Part shown: piece by piece, positions 44,971 to 54,192 of the stretch
Numbering within the stretch: position 1 is the first letter of the stretch
Layout of the letters: every line of letters starts with the position of its first letter
Assembly: GCA_030681095.1 (NCBI GenBank)
Contig: JAUXTZ010000043.1
Coordinates: forward strand, 1-63,992
DNA from: Burkholderiales bacterium
Lineage (GTDB): Bacteria; Pseudomonadota; Gammaproteobacteria; Burkholderiales; Thiobacteraceae
Direction: 5' to 3'
Length of the DNA stretch: 63,992 nt
Position numbers and translations under genes: made by a program
Notes under the pieces: model-generated
Databases searched by the model: none
What the model was told of the DNA's origin: nothing
The model's input: the letters and a program-made list of their open reading frames with translations, nothing else

Positions 44971-46215
44971 ATGAACACGACAACCTCTATCGTCGCCTCC
45001 CGGCTGGGTCAAGTAAAGCCGTCAGCCAGTATTGCCGCCAAGGCCAAGGCCGACACGCTGCGCGCCGCTGGCCGCGAGATCATTGACTTCACGTTGGGTG
45101 AGCCCGACTTCCCCACGCCCGCTCACATCGTCAAGGCTGGAAGCAACGCGCTGCTGCAGGGCCATACCCGCTATACCGCATCGGCAGGCACGCTGCCGTT
45201 GCGAAACGCCATCATCAAAAAGCTCCAGCGGGAGAACGAGCTGACCTATGCCCTCCCCGAGATCGTGGCCGGGAGCGGTGCCAAGCACATCATCTTCAAC
45301 GCCTTCACTGCATCTCTCAATGCGGGTGACGAAGTCATCATCCCGGCGCCATATTGGGTCTCCTACCCCGAGATGGTGTTGATCAACGGTGGCGTGCCAA
45401 AGATCGTGGACTGTCCAGCTACGAGCGGATTCAAGCTCACGCCCTTCGCGCTGGAGAAGGCGATTACGCCACGCACGCGTTGGCTGGTGCTGAATTCTCC
45501 GAACAACCCGACCGGCGCGGTCTATTCGGAGGGCGAGCTGCGAGCGCTGGGTGAAGTGCTGCTTAAGTACCCACAGGTGTGGGTGATGACCGACGAAATC
45601 TATGAGCACTTCGTCTACGGCGGTGCGCGACATGTCTGCATCCTGAACACCACACCTGGCCTACGTCAGCGCACGCTGGTCATCAATGGTGTTTCCAAGG
45701 CGTACGCGATGACTGGCTGGCGCATTGGCTACGGCGCCGGCCCGGCCGAACTGGTCAAGGCCATCACGCTGCTAATCACGCAAAGTACGACTTGCGCGAC
45801 TTCAGCCGCCCAGGTCGCAGCCGTGGAGGCCTTGAACGGCCCACAGGAATGCGTGGCAGAGGCAGCGAAGCTCTTCCAGAGCCGCCGCGACCGACTGGCC
45901 AATCAATTGAGCTCCATCGACGGCATCGCTTGTGATCTTCCTCCGGGCGCGTTCTACGTGTTTGCATCGGTTGCAAGTTTGATCGGGCGCAGCACGCCTG
46001 ACGGCACCGTTCTCAAGACCGACCTGGACGTCGCCAACTATTTCATCGAGCAAGCCGGCGTCGTGACCATCGACGGCGCTTCCTATGGCTTGTCGCCCTA
46101 CTTGCGCGTCTCCTTCGCGACTGCGACCACTGAGATCGACCGTGGCTGCGCGGCCATCTCCGCGGCAGTAGCCGAACTTCGCAAAGTGACCCATTCTTCA
46201 CAGGAGCTTTCATGA
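44971..46215 (+). CDS. class I/II PLP-dependent aminotransferase (aspartate aminotransferase-like)
   Basis: NSPNNPTGAVY and the PLP-lysine motif SKAYAMTGWRIGY. Confidence 0.9.
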   Translation: MNTTTSIVASRLGQVKPSASIAAKAKADTLRAAGREIIDFTLGEPDFPTPAHIVKAGSNALLQGHTRYTASAGTLPLRNAIIKKLQRENELTYALPEIVAGSGAKHIIFNAFTASLNAGDEVIIPAPYWVSYPEMVLINGGVPKIVDCPATSGFKLTPFALEKAITPRTRWLVLNSPNNPTGAVYSEGELRALGEVLLKYPQVWVMTDEIYEHFVYGGARHVCILNTTPGLRQRTLVINGVSKAYAMTGWRIGYGAGPAELVKAITLLITQSTTCATSAAQVAAVEALNGPQECVAEAAKLFQSRRDRLANQLSSIDGIACDLPPGAFYVFASVASLIGRSTPDGTVLKTDLDVANYFIEQAGVVTIDGASYGLSPYLRVSFATATTEIDRGCAAISAAVAELRKVTHSSQELS

Positions 46216-46886
46216 CCTATCAATCCACTGCAGAATTCGAACGCGTTACACCGGATCAGATCGCGCGTGCTCGTCAGTTTCAGGCCGCGATCCTGTGCGA
46301 CGTGGCCGGCCGCAGAGGTACCCTGAACGCCCGTATTCGAGCTCTCCACCCGGCGATGACCGTGTGTGGGCCGGCTTACACCGTGGAGGTCCGCCCGGGC
46401 GACAACCTGATGTTCCACGTCGCCTTGGCCGTAGCCAAGCCCGGCGACGTGATCGTGGTCGACGGCAGAGCTGACAATACCTGTGCGCTGTTCGGTGATC
46501 TGATGGTCACGCAGGCCGAAGCAGCCAAGCTGGGTGGCTTTGTCGTTGATGCGGCGTCGCGCGATACGGCTTCCCTGGCGGCAGGCAACTTTCCGATCTT
46601 TGCCGCGGGCACCAACCCCTGCGGCCCCACCAAGGGCTTGCCCGGGCGCCTGAGCATTCCGGTGTCGGTGGGCGGTGTGGCCGTCTGCCCCGGCGACTTG
46701 GTCGTGGGCGACGTCGATGGCGTGGTGGTGATTCCGCGCGGTGAAGTCGAAGGAGTTCTCGCCGCGGCGCAGAAGAAAGTGGAAGCGGAGGCGCAGCGTA
46801 TCAAGGAGATCGAGGAGGGGCTGCTGGTTTCCCCTTGGCTGGATGACGCCTTGCGCCAGGCCGGCCTTCCCGTACTGGGCGCCTGA
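46212..46886 (+). CDS. RraA-family protein (HMG/CHA aldolase / oxaloacetate decarboxylase type)
   Basis: GDVIVVDG...ALFGDLMVTQAEAAKLGGFVVDAASRD is the RraA/aldolase family core. Confidence 0.8.
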   Translation: MTYQSTAEFERVTPDQIARARQFQAAILCDVAGRRGTLNARIRALHPAMTVCGPAYTVEVRPGDNLMFHVALAVAKPGDVIVVDGRADNTCALFGDLMVTQAEAAKLGGFVVDAASRDTASLAAGNFPIFAAGTNPCGPTKGLPGRLSIPVSVGGVAVCPGDLVVGDVDGVVVIPRGEVEGVLAAAQKKVEAEAQRIKEIEEGLLVSPWLDDALRQAGLPVLGA

Positions 46887-46912
46887 GGGAGCGAACTTAC
46901 ACGGCAGCCATC

Positions 46913-47917
46913 ATGACGCTTCTCGATCAAATTCCCGTTGCACCAGTGGGCCAGTATCCGACGCCACTGCAGGAGCTCAAGCGGCTTTCGGCGCTCATCG
47001 GTGGTGCGCGGCTGTGGGTCAAGCGTGATGACCTCACAGGATTGGCTTTTGGCGGTTCCAAGACGAGATCGTTGTCGACGCTGTTTGGCCGGGCACTGGC
47101 CGAGGGCGCGGACACCGTCATCACCTGTGGACCGACGACCTCCAACCACGTCCGCCTAACGGCCGCTGCCGCCAACCAGCTGGGGCTGAAGGTGGTGTTG
47201 GTTCTGCGTGGATCCAGCTGCGGCGCTGGGCCCCTCCAGGGCAACATGCTGCTGAACCACATGCTGGGCGCGCGCTTGGTGTTTGCCGAAGTGGACTCGC
47301 TGGCCGACCTAGAGCCAGCAATGGAACGGGAGGCCCACGAGATCCAGGCCCGTGGTGGCAAGCCATTCATCATTCCTGGCGGAGGCTATTCGCCTGTGGG
47401 TGCGCTTGGCTACGTCGGATTGATGCAGGAGCTCATGCAACAGACTGCAGAAGCAGGCGTCGGCATCGACGGAGTCGTTTTTGCTTCGGGATCAGGATGC
47501 ATTCAGAGTGGCTTGCTGTTAGGCGCGCTGGTGGCAGGCGTGCGCATGCCGGTCATTGGTCTGACGATCAATCGCCGCGTTGACGAGTTGGAGCCGCGCA
47601 TTCGGCACGACGTAGAGGCAGCTGCCGCATTGATCGGGCTCGACGGTCATCTGCCTGCCGGTGCGGTGCAGGTGCTCGACGACTATCTCGGCCCTGGCTA
47701 TGCCGTCCCCTCGGAAGCCGGGATAGAAGCCATCGATCTGCTAGCGCGAATGGAAGGGCTGCTGCTCGATCCCTGCTACACGGGCAAGTCGATGGCCGGC
47801 GCAATGGACTTGGCGGTACGTCGATTCGAACCGGGTCAGAACGTGATTTTCATCCATACCGGTGGCACACCGGGCATCTTCAGCTACGCCGCCGACTTGT
47901 CCCAGCAGCGCACATAA
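46913..47917 (+). CDS. D-cysteine desulfhydrase / ACC deaminase-family PLP enzyme
   Basis: TPLQELKRLSALIGGARLWVKRDDLTGLAFGGSKTRSL (PLP-lysine region), C-terminal HTGGTPG. Confidence 0.8.
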   Translation: MTLLDQIPVAPVGQYPTPLQELKRLSALIGGARLWVKRDDLTGLAFGGSKTRSLSTLFGRALAEGADTVITCGPTTSNHVRLTAAAANQLGLKVVLVLRGSSCGAGPLQGNMLLNHMLGARLVFAEVDSLADLEPAMEREAHEIQARGGKPFIIPGGGYSPVGALGYVGLMQELMQQTAEAGVGIDGVVFASGSGCIQSGLLLGALVAGVRMPVIGLTINRRVDELEPRIRHDVEAAAALIGLDGHLPAGAVQVLDDYLGPGYAVPSEAGIEAIDLLARMEGLLLDPCYTGKSMAGAMDLAVRRFEPGQNVIFIHTGGTPGIFSYAADLSQQRT

Positions 47918-48000
47918 GCGCGCTGATGTCGCCACCTCATTCAACGAATTATGAGTGTCCTGCGCTAAGACCGAGTGAGATAGATCGAGGAACGCCTTTC

Positions 48001-51000
48001 ATGAACGCCACTAACCCTATCCGCTCTCTGCTGATTGCCAACCGTTCCGAGATTGCCATTCGCGTGATGCGTGCGGCCTCGGAGATGAACATCCGGACTG
48101 TTGCGATCTACTCGCGTGAGGATCGGCTGGCATTGCACCGCTTCAAGGCGGACGAGAGCTACCTGGTCGGCGAGGGAATGAAGCCGCTGCAGGCCTATTT
48201 GGACGTTGAGGACGTGTTGCGCATCGCTCGCGCGGCTAGGGTAGACGCCATTCACCCGGGCTACGGCTTCCTGTCGGAGAACCCCGACTTCGCCGAAGCC
48301 GTAATAGCGGCCGGCATCACATGGGTGGGGCCACCTCCCGACGTGATGCGCACGCTGGGAAACAAGGTGGCGGCGCGCAACGCGGCTGTGGCGGCAGGTG
48401 TACCAGTCATGCCAGCCACGCCTCCGTTGCCGCGCGATCTGAACGATTGCAAAAGGTTGGCCGCTGGCATCGGGTATCCCGTGATGCTCAAGGCCAGTTG
48501 GGGGGGCGGCGGGCGAGGCATGCGTGTCATCCTCAGCGAAGCGGAGTTGCCGGATGCCTTGGCTGCCGCCCGACGCGAGGCATTGGCCGCTTTCGGCAAC
48601 GACGAGACGTACTTCGAGAAGCTGGTGCAGCGCGCTCGCCACGTGGAGGTGCAAATCCTCGGTGACCTGCACGGCACTGTGGTGCACCTGTACGAGCGTG
48701 ACTGCACCGTGCAGCGACGCAATCAGAAGGTAGTGGAGCGCGCGCCCGCGCCCTATCTAGATGAAGTCCAGCGCAAGGCCCTGTGCGATAGCGCCTTACG
48801 CCTGATGAAGGCGGCGAAATATACGCATGCTGGCACGGTGGAGTTCTTGATGGACGCCGACAGCGGGCAGTTCTATTTTATTGAGGTAAACCCACGAATT
48901 CAGGTCGAGCACACGGTGACGGAACTCATCACCGGCGTGGACATTGTCAAGGCCCAGTTGCGCATCAGTGAAGGAGGGCGCATCGGCCTCACCGAGGACA
49001 GCGGTGCAGGCGACCCCTTGAACCGAGCCAGCGGCGTGCCATTACAAGGCGACATTCGAATCAACGGCACAGCACTGCAATGCCGCATTACCACAGAAGA
49101 TCCGGAGAACGGCTTTTTGCCTGACTATGGCCGTCTTTCGGCATACCGCAACGCGGCAGGCTTGGGTATCCGGCTAGACGAAGGAACTGCGTACAGCGGT
49201 GCAGTTATCACGCCGTACTATGACTCGCTTTTAGTCAAGGTCACAGCCTGGGCACCCACCGCGCAAGAGTCTGTGCAACGCATGACACGCGCGCTGCGCG
49301 AGTTTCGGATTCGCGGTGTCGCCTCCAATCTCCAGTTCCTGGAGAACGTGATCAACTACCCTGATTTCGCGACCGGCAACGTGACTACGCGCTTCATCGA
49401 AACCACGCCCGAACTGCTGGAGTTTGCCAAGAGGCGCGATCGTGGCAGCAAGCTGCTGGGGTTCATGGCTGACATTACCGTAAACGGCAACCCGGAGATG
49501 GCGGGACGCAAGATGCCCGACCTGCCCTTTCCTAAACCGTTGTTGCCTCGCGTGGATTTGAGCACGCCAATCCCCTCCGGAACGAGGGACCGTCTCAAGG
49601 AACTCGGGCCGCAAAAGTTCACCCAATGGATGCTGGACAGCAAGCCGGTTTTGATGACCGACACCACGCTACGTGACGCACACCAGTCGCTGTTCGCCAC
49701 GCGCATGCGCACAGCCGACATGCTGCCCATCGCGCCGTTTTATGCGCGCGAACTGCCGCAGTTGTTCTCGTTGGAATGCTGGGGTGGCGCCACGTTCGAC
49801 GTGGCCATGCGGTTCCTGAAGGAAGATCCCTGGCAGCGCTTGGCGCAACTGCGCGAGCGTGTTCCCAACATCCTGTTCCAAATGCTGTTGCGCGGCGCCA
49901 ACGGCGTGGGTTACACCAGCTATGCTGACAATGTTTTGCGATTCTTCGTCCAGCAGGCGGCCGCAGCAGGAGTGGACCTGTTCCGCGTCTTCGATGCTTT
50001 GAATTGGGTGCGCAACATGCGCGTGTCCATAGACGCCGTGCTGGAGGCCGGTGCGTTGTGCGAGGGGGCTATCTGCTACACAGGGGATCTGTTTGATCCG
50101 GGCAGAAGCAAGTATGGCCTGAAATACTACACCAGCATCGCAAGGGAGTTGCAGCAGGCTGGCGTTCATATCCTGGCTATCAAGGATATGGCGGGCATCT
50201 GCCGTCCGCGTGCCGTGGCCGCCCTTGTCAAGACGTTGAAGGAGGAAACCGGCCTACCGGTTCACTTCCACACGCACGACACCAGCGGCATCGCGGCCGC
50301 CTCGGTTCTGGCGGCAGTTGAGGCCGGCTGCGATGCGGTGGACGGTGCGCTTGACGCAATGAGCGGACTAACGGCGCAGCCCAACTTGTCGGCAATGGCG
50401 GCCGCATTGGTGGGCACCGAGCGTGACTCTGGCTTGTCACAACATGCGCTACACCAGGCGTCCACCTACTTCGAAGGCGTCCGCCGCTTCTACGCGCCCT
50501 TCGAGAGCGACATCCGATCTGGCACGGCCGACGTCTACCGCCACGAAATGCCTGGTGGCCAGTACACAAATCTGCGCGAGCAGGCACGTGGCATGGGACT
50601 TGAGCACCGCTGGACCGAGGTGTCGCAAGCCTATGCCGACGTCAACCGGTTGTTTGGTGACATCGTCAAGGTCACGCCTACCTCCAAGGTGGTGGGCGAT
50701 ATGGCACTCATGATGGTTGCAAGCGACGTCACGCCCGCTCAGGTGATCGATCCGGCACACGAACTGGCTTTCCCAGAGTCAGTCGTTTCGCTCTTCAAGG
50801 GTGAACTGGGCTTCCCGCCGGACGGTTTCCCACGTGAGCTTGCTCGCAAGGTGTTGAAGCTTGGCGAAGGAGACGAACCACCCGATGCTTACCGGCCCGC
50901 AGATCATTTGCCGTTCGTGGATCTGGAGGTAGTTCGGGCCAAGTTGGGACAAGAGTGGGGCGTGACACTGGACGACCGCAAGTTGGCCAGCGCGCTCATG

Positions 51001-51510
51001 TACCCCAAAGTCATGCGGCAATTCCACGAACACCTGCAGCAACGTGGAGATGTCTCCGTCCTGCCCACGCCGGCGTTTTTCTATGGACTTAGGCCGGGAG
51101 ATGAGGTTGCGCTGGAGATCGATCCAGGAAAAACCCTGTTGGTCAGCCTGCAAACCATCCACACCGACGAAACTGCCGGCGTAGTCAAGGTGCAATTCGA
51201 GCTCAATGGGCAGTCTCGGATGATCACTGTTCCGCGCACCGATGGCGGCATCGCGACCACACGCGAAATCGCGGAACCCGGCAATCAGTTCCAGGTCGGT
51301 GCTCCCATGCCGGGCAGCGTTGTGACGGTGGCCGTGTCTGCCGGTCAATACGTACAGGCAGGAGCCACACTGCTCTCGCTCGAAGCCATGAAGATGGAGA
51401 TGCACATCACGGCCGAACGCGCGGGGACTGTGGCGCGCGTACTAGTCAGGCCAGGTGATCGAGTGCAGGCCAAGGACCTTCTGGTTCAATGGAGCAGCGA
51501 CTCCACCTAG
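48001..51510 (+). CDS. pyc: pyruvate carboxylase (single-chain)
   Basis: Biotin carboxylase N-terminus (IRSLLIANRSEIAIRVMRAA, ATP-grasp), carboxyltransferase domain (TTLRDAHQSL), C-terminal biotinyl motif EAMKME. Start refined to ATG 48001. Confidence 0.9.
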   Translation: MNATNPIRSLLIANRSEIAIRVMRAASEMNIRTVAIYSREDRLALHRFKADESYLVGEGMKPLQAYLDVEDVLRIARAARVDAIHPGYGFLSENPDFAEAVIAAGITWVGPPPDVMRTLGNKVAARNAAVAAGVPVMPATPPLPRDLNDCKRLAAGIGYPVMLKASWGGGGRGMRVILSEAELPDALAAARREALAAFGNDETYFEKLVQRARHVEVQILGDLHGTVVHLYERDCTVQRRNQKVVERAPAPYLDEVQRKALCDSALRLMKAAKYTHAGTVEFLMDADSGQFYFIEVNPRIQVEHTVTELITGVDIVKAQLRISEGGRIGLTEDSGAGDPLNRASGVPLQGDIRINGTALQCRITTEDPENGFLPDYGRLSAYRNAAGLGIRLDEGTAYSGAVITPYYDSLLVKVTAWAPTAQESVQRMTRALREFRIRGVASNLQFLENVINYPDFATGNVTTRFIETTPELLEFAKRRDRGSKLLGFMADITVNGNPEMAGRKMPDLPFPKPLLPRVDLSTPIPSGTRDRLKELGPQKFTQWMLDSKPVLMTDTTLRDAHQSLFATRMRTADMLPIAPFYARELPQLFSLECWGGATFDVAMRFLKEDPWQRLAQLRERVPNILFQMLLRGANGVGYTSYADNVLRFFVQQAAAAGVDLFRVFDALNWVRNMRVSIDAVLEAGALCEGAICYTGDLFDPGRSKYGLKYYTSIARELQQAGVHILAIKDMAGICRPRAVAALVKTLKEETGLPVHFHTHDTSGIAAASVLAAVEAGCDAVDGALDAMSGLTAQPNLSAMAAALVGTERDSGLSQHALHQASTYFEGVRRFYAPFESDIRSGTADVYRHEMPGGQYTNLREQARGMGLEHRWTEVSQAYADVNRLFGDIVKVTPTSKVVGDMALMMVASDVTPAQVIDPAHELAFPESVVSLFKGELGFPPDGFPRELARKVLKLGEGDEPPDAYRPADHLPFVDLEVVRAKLGQEWGVTLDDRKLASALMYPKVMRQFHEHLQQRGDVSVLPTPAFFYGLRPGDEVALEIDPGKTLLVSLQTIHTDETAGVVKVQFELNGQSRMITVPRTDGGIATTREIAEPGNQFQVGAPMPGSVVTVAVSAGQYVQAGATLLSLEAMKMEMHITAERAGTVARVLVRPGDRVQAKDLLVQWSSDST

Positions 51511-51603
51511 GCTGTGGCGCAGCCCAATAGGCATGACTGTCTTACCCAGGTTTGCTCGTGCATATGGTGCATTTTTCAAAGTAGCTATTGGAGGCAAGTG
51601 AGT

Positions 51604-52749
51604 ATGTTCAGATTGATCACAAAAATGGGCTTCGCTTGGGTACTGGCCCTCGCCAGCTTTCTGGCACTGGCCCAGGACGCGGCACTCCGTGGCCCCGTGC
51701 GCATTGCGTTTATCGGTCCTCTGGAAGGAGTACCGCAAGCACCCATCGCCCAGGACGCGCTCGTCGGTGCCCGCATCTATGCATCGCGCACTAATAGTTC
51801 GGGTGGGATCGCTGGCCGCAAGCTCGAAATTGTGCCGTTCGACGACAAATTCGACCCGGCGCAAACCGTGAAGAAGGTACAAGAGTCCACTCTGGTGTCG
51901 CCTTCGGCAATCCTAACCATTGGAACCGCGCCAGCATTGGCTGTTCTGGAGGCCAAGTTACCGGAAAGCCTCAACCTGCCGCTGATTCCGATGCGTACCG
52001 GAGCCGGCAGTGTTCGGGAGCCCCTCAACCCTTTTGTATTTCACGTTCGTGCAGGATATCGGCAGGAGCTTCAGAACATTGTTTCGCAGCTTCTCGCCGT
52101 GGGTGTCGAGCGTATCGCGCTGCTCTACCAGGACGACGCCTTCGGTCAGTATGGTCGAGGCGTCGTTCGCGCGATCATGAGCAAGAATGGCAAAAGTCTT
52201 GTCGCCGAGGCCGCCTATGACCGGACAACGGCGGACCTCGCTCCAGCCACGCGAAAACTTGCAGCATCGGGTTCCGACGCACTCATCATGGTCGCTGGAG
52301 GTGCTCAGAGTATGCAATTCGTAGCCCATGCGCGCGATCTTGGCTACAAGGGCCAGATCGTTGGATTATCCGATGTGGATCCCAATCAACTCATTTCAAA
52401 AGTTGGCGCGCAGCGTGCCCGCAATGTCGCGATCTCGCAAGTATTTCCGAATCTGAACAACGCGATCGCACACCCTCTCGTGCGCGAGTTCAAGAAAAGC
52501 ATCGAGCAAAGCGAAATTCCCAACGCGCGACCCAATAACGCCACTTTTGAAGGATGGTTGTCGGTCAAGTTCTTGGTCGAGGGCTTGCGTCGCGCCGCTG
52601 CTCAAAAGAAATCATTGAAGGATGCGCTTGAAAGTTTCAGAGATCTCGATCTTGGGTCTTACCGGCTTAGCTTTTCTCCTGCGCAGCATGAGGGCAGTAC
52701 CTTGGTGAATCTCTTGATCATCGGTGCAGAAGGCCGAATCATCTACTGA
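51604..52749 (+). CDS. ABC transporter substrate-binding protein (branched-chain amino-acid/LivJ-like family)
   Basis: Signal peptide MFRLITKMGFAWVLALASFLALAQD, type-I periplasmic binding-fold pattern. Start refined to 51604 with a GGAGG RBS. Confidence 0.8.
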   Translation: MFRLITKMGFAWVLALASFLALAQDAALRGPVRIAFIGPLEGVPQAPIAQDALVGARIYASRTNSSGGIAGRKLEIVPFDDKFDPAQTVKKVQESTLVSPSAILTIGTAPALAVLEAKLPESLNLPLIPMRTGAGSVREPLNPFVFHVRAGYRQELQNIVSQLLAVGVERIALLYQDDAFGQYGRGVVRAIMSKNGKSLVAEAAYDRTTADLAPATRKLAASGSDALIMVAGGAQSMQFVAHARDLGYKGQIVGLSDVDPNQLISKVGAQRARNVAISQVFPNLNNAIAHPLVREFKKSIEQSEIPNARPNNATFEGWLSVKFLVEGLRRAAAQKKSLKDALESFRDLDLGSYRLSFSPAQHEGSTLVNLLIIGAEGRIIY

Positions 52750-53030
52750 CACACCACCTTGACAGGCGAACGAAAGCAAAGTTTGGAGATCTGTCGGTCG
52801 TCGTCAGACTTCCACAAGCAGGTGTTCCAAGGAATTTGACAGGGCCATTGTTATAAAAGCCTGAACAGATAGAAAGTGGCACGGAGCGGCTCGCCACGTG
52901 AGAAAGAATCTACTGAAGGAGGACGGATCATGATCCGTGTTGAGTTCTCTGTGACACTTCGCTATCTCAAGCGTTCTGCTCACCATGCACAGTGCTCTGT
53001 TTCATCTTCTAGCCGGCCGAGTATGTGTCG

Positions 53031-53918
53031 ATGATCGAGCTGCGTCATCTTCGTTACTTCGTTGCTGTCGCAGAGGAACTCAATTTTCGCCGTGCTGCTG
53101 AACGGGTTCATATTGATCAAACCCCCCTGTCGAGAACGGTACGCGACCTTGAAGACCGGCTCGGTCTTCAGTTGTTTGTTCGCGGCCCTCGCAAGCTACA
53201 TCTGACTCCTGCCGGTCTGCGCCTTCTGAAAGAGGCACGCAAGATCTTCATCCGCATCGAACGCGCCTATCGCGTTGTGCGTGAGACGGATGCGCGCTTT
53301 CGTGCTCCACTGCGCATTGGCGTGGCCGATGGCATTGCCCAGCCAAAACTCTCCGAATGCTTCGGCCGCTGGAGCAAGCTGGCCCCTGCGATCCAACTAG
53401 AACTGACGGAGATGCGTGCTTCGGAACTCGCAAACGCGTTGGAACGGGAAGAGTTGGATGCCGGGTTTTCGTTCGGCCTTCCCGACAACGAAGCGATTGC
53501 GCAACAGCCAGCGTGGAACTACCCGGTCATGGCACTCCTTCCCAGGGGGCATGAGCTAGCGGCGCAAGCTGTCCTTCCCATCGCCGAACTGCTGGCTTTC
53601 CCTCTACTTTGTTGTCATTCCGAGCGGCAGCCAGGCCTCTCGCATCAAATGCGAACCATCGTGCAGCGACACTCGACAACACTCACACTCGCCGGCGAAG
53701 CCGGCACGCTAAGCGGCTACGTCACACGCATCGCTGCAGGCATGGGTGTGGGGCTGGGAGACGCGGGCCACATTGCCACACTACTCCGCCCGGATGTCGT
53801 GGCCGTACCGCTGCGTGAGGACGAGCGAATCACCACCTTTGTGCTACACAAGCACCAACGCTTCGGTTTGTCCAATGAGCTGCAACGTTTTGTTGCGCAC
53901 GTCAAAACTTTGCATTAA
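53031..53918 (+). CDS. LysR-family transcriptional regulator
   Basis: MIELRHLRYFVAVAEELNFRRAAERVHIDQTPLSRTVRDLE. The track start at 53025 is a GTG; ATG 53031 is preferred. Confidence 0.9.
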   Translation: MIELRHLRYFVAVAEELNFRRAAERVHIDQTPLSRTVRDLEDRLGLQLFVRGPRKLHLTPAGLRLLKEARKIFIRIERAYRVVRETDARFRAPLRIGVADGIAQPKLSECFGRWSKLAPAIQLELTEMRASELANALEREELDAGFSFGLPDNEAIAQQPAWNYPVMALLPRGHELAAQAVLPIAELLAFPLLCCHSERQPGLSHQMRTIVQRHSTTLTLAGEAGTLSGYVTRIAAGMGVGLGDAGHIATLLRPDVVAVPLREDERITTFVLHKHQRFGLSNELQRFVAHVKTLH

Positions 53919-54192
53919 TCGTTACACCGATCGCTCATACGACGCGCCGTATGGCTTGATCGGCCTTGGACAGTTCGCACAGTTGCCGCGATGCTGCTAC
54001 ACGCAGCCGAGTTAAACGCATTGAAGGCGCAACTTTGTCGTTCGAGGCCAGCTCCTTCCGCCAGCTTACGCCACAACCCGCTCCAGTACGCCGTCATGGG
54101 TGCGCGGTTTGGCGACTCGATTCCAGACTCGGGCAAGCGGTGCCATTGCGGCACGCGCGCGCTGGAATCAAGACGCGAAGGAGTATTAGCCC

